The notes below the pieces were generated by a model. That model ran no database searches. It saw nothing but the letters and a program-made list of their open reading frames with translations, and was not told the origin of the DNA. The translations under genes were made by a program, and so were the position numbers. Shown here in pieces: positions 18,660-28,649 of a stretch of DNA of 64,000 nt. Position 1 is the stretch's first letter; each line of letters begins with the position of its first letter. The stretch is from Verrucomicrobia bacterium UBA3624 (lineage in GTDB: Bacteria > Verrucomicrobiota > Kiritimatiellia > RFP12 > UBA1067), in assembly GCA_002373695.1 (NCBI GenBank), contig DFLH01000001.1, positions 114 through 64,113 of the forward strand, given 5' to 3'.

Positions 18660-19694
18660 ATGAAATGCAACATTATGAAAGTTCTGGCGGCGTGTGCTCT
18701 GTCATTGGCGGCGTTGCCGGTTGCCGCCGAGATGCCAAGATCCGAATGGCATGCGCTGGTCGGAGATTGCGCACAGAATCCGCAGACGCTGAAGCAGACG
18801 ATTGCCCAGCTGTCGGCTGAAGACCAGGTTGCGTTCGTCAACGAAGTCAACGAGGCGATTTCGAAGATGCCCGGATCCGACGAATCCAAGGCGGCCGCTT
18901 TCTACGCGGCGAACCGCGCTGCGGTCTCCGGTGCTTCCAAGAACAATCTTGCGAACGTGTTGGCGGAGGTGTTCGCGACGGTACCTCCCGAATATCTGAC
19001 CGAGATCAACGAGCGCTTTGCGACCGATCTGTTCAGCCGTAACGCCAATCCGTCTCGCGTGTTCACAGATCAGGAGTTCACGAAGCTGGCCACGAGCACG
19101 ATGGCGGTGATCAACGAGCGTTGCCAGAAGGCCGAGAATTCCAGCGTGCGCGAGACGTTCGCGGCGTTGATGTTCATCAGGGCTTCCGGCGGAACGCCTG
19201 CAGATCTCGCCCAGACGCTTGTTTCCCAGTTCCCCGAGGCGCAGGTCCGCGAGACCGCCTTGAACGAGTGGATCAAGCCGGCGCTTGGCGATGGCCAGGA
19301 GCAGACCTACGATCCTCTTCTCGGCGCCGCCCAGGCCGGGGAGGAGCCTGACCATGCGGTCGTGACACAGATCGCCGGCGGTGTGCAGGTCGCCGATGCG
19401 CTGCTGGCCGATCTTGCGGCATCCACCGATTCTCCGTCTTCGGCGCTGTCGCTGGCGGCCGGTGCGTTCCAGGCGCCCGGCGGCGTGGCCGGAGCCGCTT
19501 CGACGTACTCGCCGGGCATCGGACTTGATCGCGTTCCCCGCGCATACGTGCAGAGCAAGACCGCCATTGGCGGAACGGCCGACGGTCCCAACTCCGACGG
19601 TGACGGCGGCGATGAGAACCCGTACTATACGCGCAAGCGTGGCGGCGACCGGACGCCCGGAAGCGAAGAGGGCCGTACTTACAGCAACCAATAG
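18660..19694 (+). CDS. Secreted alpha-helical protein of unknown function within the export cluster
   Basis: Signal peptide: MKCNIMKVLAACALSLAALPVAAE. I recognise no family. Codon usage is consistent with neighbouring genes. Confidence 0.55.
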   Translation: MKCNIMKVLAACALSLAALPVAAEMPRSEWHALVGDCAQNPQTLKQTIAQLSAEDQVAFVNEVNEAISKMPGSDESKAAAFYAANRAAVSGASKNNLANVLAEVFATVPPEYLTEINERFATDLFSRNANPSRVFTDQEFTKLATSTMAVINERCQKAENSSVRETFAALMFIRASGGTPADLAQTLVSQFPEAQVRETALNEWIKPALGDGQEQTYDPLLGAAQAGEEPDHAVVTQIAGGVQVADALLADLAASTDSPSSALSLAAGAFQAPGGVAGAASTYSPGIGLDRVPRAYVQSKTAIGGTADGPNSDGDGGDENPYYTRKRGGDRTPGSEEGRTYSNQ

Positions 19695-19740
19695 CGTATA
19701 GAGGGTGTTGGCGATTTTACGTAGAAAGGAACGGTTGGCT

Positions 19741-20988
19741 ATGAATTCCATGAAAACACGCATCTTGTTCACGTCGGCGTTCGCGAGTTTTTCGGCGGCG
19801 GTTCTTGCCGCAGGTGGAAGCATCGCGGACAAGCCGCAGGGGTTCCGCTTTTTCAACCAGCATCTGACGGTGAAGCCGTACGTGTCGGTCTCGTACACGT
19901 ACGATTCGAACATCGATACGACCCACAAGGCCGGCGCCGACAGCATTTTCTGCGTGAATCCCGGCGCGGATTTCGAGTGGCGCGGCGATCGCTGGTCTTT
20001 GGGCGGGACGCTGTGGTATCGCTGGAACTCCTACGCCAAGAACAACGGCAACATGGGTGAAAGCAGCTATGGCGAATCGCTGGCGTACAAGTGGACCACT
20101 TCCCGTCCCGACGAAAAGGGCTGGTCGTTGATGATTGGCGAGCGTTACGCTTTCATCAACCAGTCGGACGGTCTTGATACGCGGTCGGGGCGCGGCATCT
20201 GGCGCGACCGCCAGAGTTTTGACATCAACGGCGTGCTTGAGCGCCGTTTCACCGAGCGCTGGCATGCCGATCTGATGGGCCAGTACAACTGGCTTGACTA
20301 CAAGAACGACACGGGCAAGTACGCGCCGCTCTACGGGTGGTCGGAGTGGGCGATCGGCGCCGAGGCCGGGTATGCCGCTTCCGTGTGGACCGACATTCTC
20401 ATTGCGGGCGGATATTCGGATTACACGCAGCATGGCGGCCACGGATACCGCAACTACAGCAACGACAGCCATGTCTGGACCGTTCAGGGCGGTCTTGCGA
20501 CGCGCGCCACGGAGAAGATTTCCTACCGTGTGCTTATGGGCGCGTCGTGGCTCGACTATGGCGGGCGTTCCAACGCGGATGTGGGCTGGACGTATTCGCT
20601 GTCCGGCAACTGGCGCATCACGCGGCAGTTGCAGTGGTCTGCGCTCGGTTCGAGCTACTATCAGCCTTCGGAGCGTACGCGCGGGCAGGCCGTCAAGGTG
20701 TACTCTCTGTCCACGGGCGTCTCCTATCTGACGTTGGGCGACAAGATGACGCTGTCCGGCAACATCGCGCTTCGCCACGAGGAAGTGGTTTACAGCGACC
20801 GTTATCTCGGTTCCGGCAACAACTACGACGAAGACTTCCTCTCCGCTCGCATCGGTGCGAACTACACGCTCAATCGCTGGATGTCGATCTTTGCGAACCT
20901 GATGTGGGAAGAGGAATGGTGTGAGAAGCACGACAACTACGACTACCACCGCTTCCGCGGCACGGTCGGTGTCCGTTTCCACTACTGA
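19741..20988 (+). CDS. Outer-membrane beta-barrel protein (BBP2/EpsL-like, polysaccharide-locus associated)
   Basis: The ATG at 19741 gives the signal peptide MNSMKTRILFTSAFASFSAAVLAAG. Tyr/Trp/Gly-rich alternating strands are present. The C-terminus is FRGTVGVRFHY. Confidence 0.65.
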   Translation: MNSMKTRILFTSAFASFSAAVLAAGGSIADKPQGFRFFNQHLTVKPYVSVSYTYDSNIDTTHKAGADSIFCVNPGADFEWRGDRWSLGGTLWYRWNSYAKNNGNMGESSYGESLAYKWTTSRPDEKGWSLMIGERYAFINQSDGLDTRSGRGIWRDRQSFDINGVLERRFTERWHADLMGQYNWLDYKNDTGKYAPLYGWSEWAIGAEAGYAASVWTDILIAGGYSDYTQHGGHGYRNYSNDSHVWTVQGGLATRATEKISYRVLMGASWLDYGGRSNADVGWTYSLSGNWRITRQLQWSALGSSYYQPSERTRGQAVKVYSLSTGVSYLTLGDKMTLSGNIALRHEEVVYSDRYLGSGNNYDEDFLSARIGANYTLNRWMSIFANLMWEEEWCEKHDNYDYHRFRGTVGVRFHY

Positions 20989-21005
20989 CGAGGTGGTGGG
21001 AACGG

Positions 21006-22448
21006 ATGTTCCATAAGCTGATCACGAAATACGGGCTGGCGACGCATCTTGCGTTGCTGGCTTCTTTGCCAGTTGTGTTGCAGCCGTTCGTCTCGGATCG
21101 CATTCTGGGCGTGACAATCCTGTGGCTGTCGCTTTTTGCCTTGCTCTGGCTGCTTGTGGAGCCGTCCATACTTTCGGGCGAGCATCTTTCGACCGCGCGC
21201 CGGCGCGTCAGGCGCGAGATAGCGAGAAGTCCGTTTTTATGGTTTGCGGTGGCGGCCGTCGTTTTCGCGGCGATTCGCTGCTGGAACGACAGCATCGTGC
21301 TTTGCTTCAATCCGGAAGAGTCCGCATGGCAGATATCCCAGCCGGTTTTGGCGTTTTGTCCGGCCTCCGTGCCGGGTGCGGCGTTTCTTCCCCTTGCTCT
21401 TTCGATTGGCGTGGGCGTTCTTCTGGTTGGCGTGCTGTACGGGCTTGGTGCGGCGGCGCGCACGTCGTTCGGGATTACTTTTGCGCTTGTTCTCGGCGTG
21501 GGAGGGCTGGCTTCGTCGATCTGCGCATGCATGGGGGTGGAGTCTTTGCTGTCTTCCGCATTGACGGCTTTTTCGGTAAAGCCTTATCTGGGGACCGTGC
21601 ATGGCATCGGGTGCCTTGTCGCGGTGACGTGCGGAGTGCATGCCGAATCGCGCAAATGGGCTGCCGCGCGGCTTCCGTTCTGCCTGGGCGTGGCGGGCAA
21701 CGTGGCCGGCGTGATTTTCTTCGCGCCGCCTCTCGTGAGCGGCGTGTATCTTCTGCTGACGGCGTTTCTCGCGCTTTTTGGCATCACCTTCGTCTCTCGC
21801 ACGTCATCGCTTGGCGGCATGGCTCGCAGCGCGATCATGTTCCTGTTCGGCGTGGCGCTGGCTCTCAGTCTTCTGCTGGCGTTTGCGCCTCAGGCGGTCA
21901 GCGAGGCGAAGTCCAATGGGTTTGACATGGCGCAGGCCTTTCCCGAGGTGTACAAGCAGACCGTGGCTGTCCTGAAGCGCATTGGCGGCATAGTCTGGAA
22001 GGAGTCTCCGTGGTGTGGCGCCGGCATCGGCGCGTTCCCCCTTCAGGTCCAGTTCCTTGCGGACAAGGCCGACTGGTCCATTCTGCCGCCGCAAGTGGTT
22101 ACGGCGGTAAGCGGATACTGGACGGTGCTTGCGGAACGCGGCATTCTCGGCTGCATGCTGCTTGGAGGATTGGGGCTTATTCTCGTCTTTGTCTGGATTC
22201 GGCATCTTATTGGAGCGATTGTACATCTCCGCACCAAGGACGATGCGTACGTGTTTCCGTTCGCATGCCCTCCGGTCGTATGGATTTCGCCGCTGGTGCT
22301 GGCGGTGGTCTGCCTCGAAGCCGTCGTGGCCCCTGTTTTTTCAGGAAAAACGGTGTTGCTGGCGATCGTGGCGGGCATGACTCTCTCTGCGGCCTCCTTC
22401 CCGCGCAAACCGCGGAGGGAGTCGTCTGCGACCGATCAGGAAAAGTGA
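21006..22448 (+). CDS. O-antigen ligase / Wzy-like polytopic membrane protein
   Basis: There are at least 10 hydrophobic segments. The WCGAGIGAFPLQ motif resembles the GxGxGxF motif of the Wzy_C family. Confidence 0.6.
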   Translation: MFHKLITKYGLATHLALLASLPVVLQPFVSDRILGVTILWLSLFALLWLLVEPSILSGEHLSTARRRVRREIARSPFLWFAVAAVVFAAIRCWNDSIVLCFNPEESAWQISQPVLAFCPASVPGAAFLPLALSIGVGVLLVGVLYGLGAAARTSFGITFALVLGVGGLASSICACMGVESLLSSALTAFSVKPYLGTVHGIGCLVAVTCGVHAESRKWAAARLPFCLGVAGNVAGVIFFAPPLVSGVYLLLTAFLALFGITFVSRTSSLGGMARSAIMFLFGVALALSLLLAFAPQAVSEAKSNGFDMAQAFPEVYKQTVAVLKRIGGIVWKESPWCGAGIGAFPLQVQFLADKADWSILPPQVVTAVSGYWTVLAERGILGCMLLGGLGLILVFVWIRHLIGAIVHLRTKDDAYVFPFACPPVVWISPLVLAVVCLEAVVAPVFSGKTVLLAIVAGMTLSAASFPRKPRRESSATDQEK

Positions 22449-22452
22449 AACC

Positions 22453-24909
22453 ATGGCAAGTACACCATCTTCATCGACATATGGTCAGAAACCTCTGTAC
22501 TACGGCTCGTCACAGAAGCCGTTGTACTATGGCACGGCAAACAAGTCGCCATTGTATTACGGGACGGCCCAGCCTGCCTACTACGGCGGCAGTCCGTACT
22601 ACTACGGCGGTGGCGCCTATGGCGGGAACGCTCCGGGGCAGGATTCCGATTCGCTGGTTGGCACGATCACGCTTGGGCGCGTGCTGCGCGTCATCGCTCA
22701 GCGTTGGATATCCGTTCTCGTGTTTCTCCTGATCGGCCTTGTGGCGGCGTTTGCGGTCTACCGCATCTCGCCGACGATCTATGAGGCGAAGAGCGAGTTC
22801 ACCATGGACATGCGCAGGCCGCAGGCGTCCGGCAGCGCCATAGGGCAGGTCGTCGAACCCGACTACGGCTCCACCTACGAGGAAGTGTTCAACACGCGTC
22901 TTTCGGATTGGCGTTCCGATAAGATCGTGACGAAGATAGTCCAGCAGTACCGTGCGAACTATCCTGCGTCCACGATCACGGACAAGGAGCTCATCGAGAC
23001 GCTCGGCGGTTCCGAGCTTGAACTTGTCCGCCATTCGCGCCTCATCACGATTGCCGTTCGTTCCACTTCGGCCCAGCTTGCGGCTTCGCTGGCGAACTCG
23101 TACGCCGAGGCGATCGAATCGTTCACGGACGAGGAGAACAAGCTGCGTTGCGACAAGGCGGTAGCCCAGATCCACGACCAGGTGGAGAAGCAGCGTCGCG
23201 CCGACGAGAAGATAGCCAAGGCGCTTCTGGAATTCCGTACCGTCAACAAGATCGACAACATGATGTCGGAGCGCGAGATACTGCAGCAGTCTATCCAGAA
23301 GACGACGGCCGACGTGCTTGACCTCCGGTCCAAGGTGACGGCCGCGGCGGAATGGGAGAAGGTTCTGCAGGCCGCGCAGGAGACGCCCGAGGACTTTGGC
23401 GCCCTGCCTACGGACGTTCCGCGCTCGTCGGAGATCGGGCAGGCATACACGAAGCTCCAGGCGACGAAGATGGAGATGACGTCCCTGCTGGCGAAATTCA
23501 CGAAGAACCACCCCGAGGTTCGCGCGAAGGAGAAAGAGCTCGAAACGGTCAAGCAGCAGTTCGTCGATGCCGTCAGCCGCGCTCTCGCGACTGCGCACGG
23601 CAACCTTGCCGCCTACCGCAACCAGCTGGCGGTCTTCGAGAAGAACAGCGAGCGATTGCGCGCCGAGTCGGCGGCGATCGAGCAGAAGATCGTGGCGGCG
23701 GATGCCGGCTTGAAACAGCTGGAGCAGGAGAAGAAGGTGTCCAGCGAGCTCTATCTGGGCCTGCTGACAAAGGAGAACGAGGCTCGCATCGCCGCCGAGC
23801 AGAACAACGAGATCGTGCGTGTAGGCCGTCCTGCATTCGTCCCCAAGACGCCTGTGCTTCCGAACCCGATCGTCATTTTCGCGGCGGGCACGGTGCTCTC
23901 GCTGGCTCTTGGATTGCTGTTCGTGCTGGTTCTGGACCATCTTGAAGACACGATCGTTTCGCTTTCGGACATCGAGATGCGCCTTTCGCTGAAGGTGCTG
24001 GCCGTTCTTCCGCACGTGCGCCGGAAGAAGCGCGAACAGGTGGCCAAGTTCATCTCCGAGAACAAGTATTCGCAGTTTGCAGAAGCCGTCGCAGGGCTTC
24101 GAAACCTGCTCGATTCGCCGCGATACCAGCCGATTTCGCAGGTGCTTCTCATCATGTCCACGCAGCCTGGAGAAGGCAAGACGATCACTTCCTGTTCGCT
24201 GGCGATCTCAAGCGCACAGGCTGGCAAGAGGACTCTGCTGGTCGACTTCGACCTGCGCCGTCCGCGCCTTGCGCGCGTCTGGGGCCTTGATGTGGACAAG
24301 GACCATTCGTTTTCGCACTATCTTTCCCAGCGCGGAGACAGGAATTTCGAGCGGCTGGTGCTGCCGAGCGGCGTAGACCACCTGGACGTGGTCGCTTCCT
24401 TGCCGCCGGACAACGTCAACCCCGCCTCGATCATGGGTTCGCAGATCGTGCCGGATTTCTTCCAGTGGGCACGCGAGCACTACGACCGAATCGTCATCGA
24501 TTCGCCGCCTTTCGGCATCGTGGGCGATGTAATGACGTTGGCCTCGCATGTGGACTCTGTCATGATCATGTGCTGCCCCGACCGCACGCACTTCAAGCCC
24601 ATCCAGCACGCCTCCCGTTCCCTCAGCGAGTCTGGCGCGACGGTGATTGGCATCGTCGTGAACGACGTGGAACTGGGCGCGTCCGGCGGCGCGTTCGCGC
24701 CGTCCGGGCATCATGGCTACGGTTACGGATACAGCAGGTATGGCGGATATCGCTCGTACGGCGGGTATAGCCCGTATGCTCCCCGCAAATCGGCCAAATC
24801 CGATTCTGCAAAGCAAGAAGACGAGGCTTCGGCAGATGCCGCTTCCGGCGAGCCCAAGACGGAAGACGCGGCGATCGCGGCCAGTTCCGAATTGACGGAC
24901 GAGGATTGA
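22453..24909 (+). CDS. Polysaccharide co-polymerase / bacterial tyrosine autokinase (Wzc/GumC-like)
   Basis: The protein has a Wzz-like region and a coiled coil. Motifs: Walker A STQPGEGKTITS, A' LLVDFDLRRP and B IVIDSPPFG. The C-terminal Tyr cluster is GYGYGYSRYGGYRSYGGYSPY. An unusual Tyr-rich N-terminus is also present. Confidence 0.85.
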   Translation: MASTPSSSTYGQKPLYYGSSQKPLYYGTANKSPLYYGTAQPAYYGGSPYYYGGGAYGGNAPGQDSDSLVGTITLGRVLRVIAQRWISVLVFLLIGLVAAFAVYRISPTIYEAKSEFTMDMRRPQASGSAIGQVVEPDYGSTYEEVFNTRLSDWRSDKIVTKIVQQYRANYPASTITDKELIETLGGSELELVRHSRLITIAVRSTSAQLAASLANSYAEAIESFTDEENKLRCDKAVAQIHDQVEKQRRADEKIAKALLEFRTVNKIDNMMSEREILQQSIQKTTADVLDLRSKVTAAAEWEKVLQAAQETPEDFGALPTDVPRSSEIGQAYTKLQATKMEMTSLLAKFTKNHPEVRAKEKELETVKQQFVDAVSRALATAHGNLAAYRNQLAVFEKNSERLRAESAAIEQKIVAADAGLKQLEQEKKVSSELYLGLLTKENEARIAAEQNNEIVRVGRPAFVPKTPVLPNPIVIFAAGTVLSLALGLLFVLVLDHLEDTIVSLSDIEMRLSLKVLAVLPHVRRKKREQVAKFISENKYSQFAEAVAGLRNLLDSPRYQPISQVLLIMSTQPGEGKTITSCSLAISSAQAGKRTLLVDFDLRRPRLARVWGLDVDKDHSFSHYLSQRGDRNFERLVLPSGVDHLDVVASLPPDNVNPASIMGSQIVPDFFQWAREHYDRIVIDSPPFGIVGDVMTLASHVDSVMIMCCPDRTHFKPIQHASRSLSESGATVIGIVVNDVELGASGGAFAPSGHHGYGYGYSRYGGYRSYGGYSPYAPRKSAKSDSAKQEDEASADAASGEPKTEDAAIAASSELTDED

Positions 24910-26210
24910 TGGATCTGAGCCTCCCATCGGCTGCCAGCCCTTTGGCAGGTCGCGTGGCCGTTCCGGGCGACAAGTCGCTTGCGCATCGCGCGGCGTTGTT
25001 CGCGGCGCTGTCGCCAGGAGAATCGGAGGTTGCTAATTTTCCAGACAGCGGCGTCACCCGTGCGATGCGCGGGGCTCTTGATGCTCTCGGCGTCCATTCT
25101 GCGCTGGAAGATGGCGTCTTGCGCGTTTCCAATAAGGCGGCCGGCCTGCCGTTTCGATCTGGCGCTGTTGTCAATTGCTGCAATTCCGGCACTACGTTCC
25201 GTCTTTTGGCTGGAGCTGTCGCCGCCGCGGGAATAGAGGCGACTCTTGACGGAAGCGACGGTTTGAGGAAGCGTCCGATGGACAGGATCGCCGAACCGCT
25301 CCGGCGCATGGGGGCCGACGTGTCTACTACGGGCGGCCATGCGCCGCTCGCGTTCCGCCCGTCCCGCCTGCACGGCATTGAATACGTGTTGCCAGTCGCT
25401 TCCGCGCAGGTCCTGAGCTGCCTCCAGCTCGCAGCGCTCGGGGCGGATGGCGCCAGCACGTTCCACGTTCCGGGGCCGGTGCGCGACCATACCACGCGAA
25501 TGCTTCGCGCAATGGGTGCGCGGATAGAAGAGGACGGCTGCACGACACGCGTCCATCCCTTGCCGTCTGCGGCGTTGCGGCCACTTCGCGGGACGCTCCC
25601 TGGCGACATGTCGTCGGCGGCATTTCTGTTCGTGGCGGCGGCGATCGTTCCCGGATCGCAGGTGACGGTCGCCAACGTCGGTATCAATTCCACGCGCACG
25701 GGCATGCTCGACGTCCTTTCGCGAATGGGCGCCGATGTCGCGATAGAGCGCGAGCGCGAGGAGTTTGGCGAACCGGTCGGGGATGTAACCGTCAAGGCGG
25801 CGCCGCTTCATGGCGTGGAGATATGCGGAGATCTTGTCGTGCGCAGCATCGACGAGTTTCCTGCCATCGCCGTGGCGGCCGCCTTCGCGGACGGCGTCAC
25901 AACGGTTCGCGATGCGAAGGAGCTGAGATACAAGGAGACCGACCGCATCTCCGTTCTCGTTGCGCAGCTCAAGGCGCTTGGAGCCGACGTCGGCGAGCAT
26001 GACGACGGATTCTCCATTCGTGGCGGCACTCTGTCCGGCGGCGCGGCCAATGCGAACGGCGATCACCGCCTGGCGATGTCTCTGGCCCTTTGCGGCCTGC
26101 GTTCTGCACGGCCAGTCGTGGTGGAGGGCGCGGAGATACTGACGGAGTCCTTTCCTGAATTCGTTTCAAGACTAGATGCCCTGCGTACCGATGGACTTGT
26201 ACTATCTTAG
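24909..26210 (+). CDS. aroA: 3-phosphoshikimate 1-carboxyvinyltransferase (EPSP synthase)
   Basis: Motifs: VPGDKSLAHRAALFAAL, NSGTTFRLL, LRKRPM, KETDRI and DHRLAMS. The ATG at 24909 overlaps the upstream TGA by 1 nt. Confidence 0.92.
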   Translation: MDLSLPSAASPLAGRVAVPGDKSLAHRAALFAALSPGESEVANFPDSGVTRAMRGALDALGVHSALEDGVLRVSNKAAGLPFRSGAVVNCCNSGTTFRLLAGAVAAAGIEATLDGSDGLRKRPMDRIAEPLRRMGADVSTTGGHAPLAFRPSRLHGIEYVLPVASAQVLSCLQLAALGADGASTFHVPGPVRDHTTRMLRAMGARIEEDGCTTRVHPLPSAALRPLRGTLPGDMSSAAFLFVAAAIVPGSQVTVANVGINSTRTGMLDVLSRMGADVAIEREREEFGEPVGDVTVKAAPLHGVEICGDLVVRSIDEFPAIAVAAAFADGVTTVRDAKELRYKETDRISVLVAQLKALGADVGEHDDGFSIRGGTLSGGAANANGDHRLAMSLALCGLRSARPVVVEGAEILTESFPEFVSRLDALRTDGLVLS

Positions 26211-27072
26211 CGTATTCGCCATGTTTTCGTTCGCGCTCGGATGTTGCGTGGCGAGTTTCCTGAACGTCTGCATATGGCGGATCCCGCGAGAAGAGTCCGT
26301 AGTGCGGCCCGGGTCGCACTGTCCCAAGTGCAACGCGCCGATCCGCTGGTACCAGAACATCCCCATCCTGAGCTGGCTTGTCTTGCGCGGCAGGTGCGCC
26401 AGTTGCCGCGAACCGATTTCGGCGCGTTACGTGGTGGTGGAGCTGATGGGCGGCGTTCTGTTCCTCATGGTCTACGCCCAATGGGCCATGCCGTTCTTCC
26501 TTTGCGCGCCGCCGCCGCTGGCGCTGACGCCGGCTGCCGATTTCTGGCAGGTGCCGGTCGGTTGGCTCGTTGTCGCAGGACTGATGCTCGGATCGTTCAT
26601 AGACATCGATCACTACTACCTGCCGGATCGCGTGACGATCGGCGGCATGGCGCTCGGGGTTCCGATCAGTTTCCTTGTCCCTGCCATGCATGGCATTCAT
26701 GGCGGGAGCGCAGGCGTCGCGGCGCTCTGCCGGTCGATCGGCGGAATGGCGTTTGGATTCGTTTTCCTGTGGGCCATCGGGTGGATATTCTCGAAAGCGA
26801 TGAAGCGCGATGCCATGGGGTTCGGCGATGTGAAGCTGCTGGGGGCCATAGGGGCGTTCTTCGGTCCGCTGGCCGTTCTTTTCACGCTTGTGGCGTCATC
26901 GCTGGCCGGTTCGCTGGCGGGCGGGATCATGATCTTGCGCGGCAAGGCGCGTCTTGGAAGCTACACGGCCGTCCCGTACGGACCGTTTCTTGCGATAGGA
27001 GCGCTAGTCTGGATGTTCTGGGGGCCGGCGATCATCGCATGGTATATGAAGCTCAATGCCTTCGGCAGCTGA
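26191..27072 (+). CDS. Prepilin peptidase (A24 family, PilD/GspO-like)
   Basis: Zn-finger-like segment: CPKCNAPIRWYQNIPILSWLVLRGRCASCREPIS. Catalytic Asp motifs: FIDIDHYYLPD and GFGDVKLLGAIGAFFG. Confidence 0.9.
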   Translation: MDLYYLSVFAMFSFALGCCVASFLNVCIWRIPREESVVRPGSHCPKCNAPIRWYQNIPILSWLVLRGRCASCREPISARYVVVELMGGVLFLMVYAQWAMPFFLCAPPPLALTPAADFWQVPVGWLVVAGLMLGSFIDIDHYYLPDRVTIGGMALGVPISFLVPAMHGIHGGSAGVAALCRSIGGMAFGFVFLWAIGWIFSKAMKRDAMGFGDVKLLGAIGAFFGPLAVLFTLVASSLAGSLAGGIMILRGKARLGSYTAVPYGPFLAIGALVWMFWGPAIIAWYMKLNAFGS

Positions 27073-27073
27073 C

Positions 27074-27778
27074 ATGTTCGCACGCGTGGCTTCGGGCTAC
27101 GACAGGCTCAACCGGATACTTTCGCTGGGGCTGGATGTCGCCTGGCGTCGCCGTGCGCTGCGCGAACTGGGGCGGTGCGTGCCGGAAAATCCAACGCATC
27201 TTGACGTTCTGGATCTGGCCACCGGAACGGCCGATTTCGCGATAGCTGCCGTACGCTATTTCCCCCGTGCGCGTGCAACCGGCGTGGACCTGACGCCTGA
27301 AATGCTTGAGATTGCGGACCGGAAGGTGAAGGCGGCGGGACTTTCAGGCATGATAGAACTGCACCAGGGCGATGCCGCGAAGCTTGCCTTCCCGGACGGT
27401 ACGTTCGATGTGGCGCTGTGCGCATTCGGTTTCCGGAACTTTCCCGACCGTGCCATGTCACTGTCTGAGCTGGCGCGCATATTGAAATATGGCGGGCGGC
27501 TCGTGGTGCTGGAATTTTTCCGGCCGCGATCCGTCCTGATGGGCGGCCTGACGGCGTGCTGGCTGAAAGCAGCCACCGCGTTCTTTGCACGTGCCAATGC
27601 CGACGACTACGCCTATTTGCGTCGTTCGATCGAGAAGACCTGTTCGGCGGAGACGTTCAAGGCGGAGGCGGAGATGGCGGGGTTCGAGACGGAGCGGTGT
27701 CGTTTTTTTATTCCGGCCTGCACCTGTCTGGTCCTGAGAAAATATGGTAAAATGCAGACGTGTTCGAACAACAGATGA
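27074..27778 (+). CDS. ubiE: Demethylmenaquinone/ubiquinone C-methyltransferase
   Basis: Motifs: YDRLNRILSLGLDVAWRR, VLDLATGTADFA, FGFRNFPD and LKYGGRLVVLEFFRP. Confidence 0.88.
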   Translation: MFARVASGYDRLNRILSLGLDVAWRRRALRELGRCVPENPTHLDVLDLATGTADFAIAAVRYFPRARATGVDLTPEMLEIADRKVKAAGLSGMIELHQGDAAKLAFPDGTFDVALCAFGFRNFPDRAMSLSELARILKYGGRLVVLEFFRPRSVLMGGLTACWLKAATAFFARANADDYAYLRRSIEKTCSAETFKAEAEMAGFETERCRFFIPACTCLVLRKYGKMQTCSNNR

Positions 27779-28644
27779 AAATTTCCGCGAGACTGGCTGC
27801 GTTGGCGTTCCTGGCGCTGGCGTTTGCGTCGTTGCGTGCTGCGGATGAGACGGCGGCGGCCGGTTCGTCCGGTGCCGGGTTCGAGGCGTACCAGACGATC
27901 CTTGACAGGATGCCGTTCGGACCCGAACCGCCGAATTTCGATCCTGACTCGCCGCCGGGCAGCGCGTCGGCGGCTGCTGCAGCGGCCGGTGCGGACGAAG
28001 TCGCCCGCTCCGAGGAGGAACAGCAGATCGTATCGTCCGTTCGCGTGTCGGTATTGAATGTCACGCCGTCAGGGCAGGTGGCGGTTGGTTTCACCGATTC
28101 CTCCGTGCAGCCGCCTGCGAACTACTACATGAAGGTTGGCGAGGCTCGCGATTCATGGGAGGTCAGGGAGGCGAATCCGTCCGAGCAGACGGTAGTGCTT
28201 GCAAAGAACGGCATTGAAGCGGCATTGAAGGTTGGTGAGGCGGCGGACGGCAAGGGGAAGGGCCTGAAGAAGAACGGCATGGTTCGTCCTGTCGGCTCCC
28301 ACCTGATGCGGTCCGGCGGGGCCATCCGTCCAAGTGCCGGGGCGGCGATGTCTCCAGAAGCGGGCGCGATGACGCTCCGCGAGAGATTGAGGGCAAGGCG
28401 GAAGCATTCGGCGGAAGAGTTGAAGGCCGAAGATGCCAGGCGTGCAGCGGCGGCGGCAGAGGCTCGTAAGGATGCGGAACGGGCGGCGGCGGAACGCGAA
28501 CAAGCTGCGGCGGAACGCCAGCAGCAGCGGGAGGCCCTTCTGCAGATACAGGAGGAATTGCGTCGCCAGCGCGAAGAGCGCGAGGCGCGCGAGGCGGAAA
28601 GCAAGCAGCAGGGGAACGAGGAACAGGGCGGGGTTCAGGAGTAG
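27775..28644 (+). CDS. Secreted protein of unknown function with a highly charged coiled-coil C-terminus
   Basis: The ATG at 27775 forms an ATGA overlap with the ubiE stop. Signal peptide: MKISARLAALAFLALAFASLRA. The C-terminus is AERAAAEREQAAAERQQQREALLQIQEELRRQREEREAREAE. A GTG at 27760 is an alternative start. Confidence 0.55.
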   Translation: MKISARLAALAFLALAFASLRAADETAAAGSSGAGFEAYQTILDRMPFGPEPPNFDPDSPPGSASAAAAAAGADEVARSEEEQQIVSSVRVSVLNVTPSGQVAVGFTDSSVQPPANYYMKVGEARDSWEVREANPSEQTVVLAKNGIEAALKVGEAADGKGKGLKKNGMVRPVGSHLMRSGGAIRPSAGAAMSPEAGAMTLRERLRARRKHSAEELKAEDARRAAAAAEARKDAERAAAEREQAAAERQQQREALLQIQEELRRQREEREAREAESKQQGNEEQGGVQE

Positions 28645-28649
28645 AAGCC

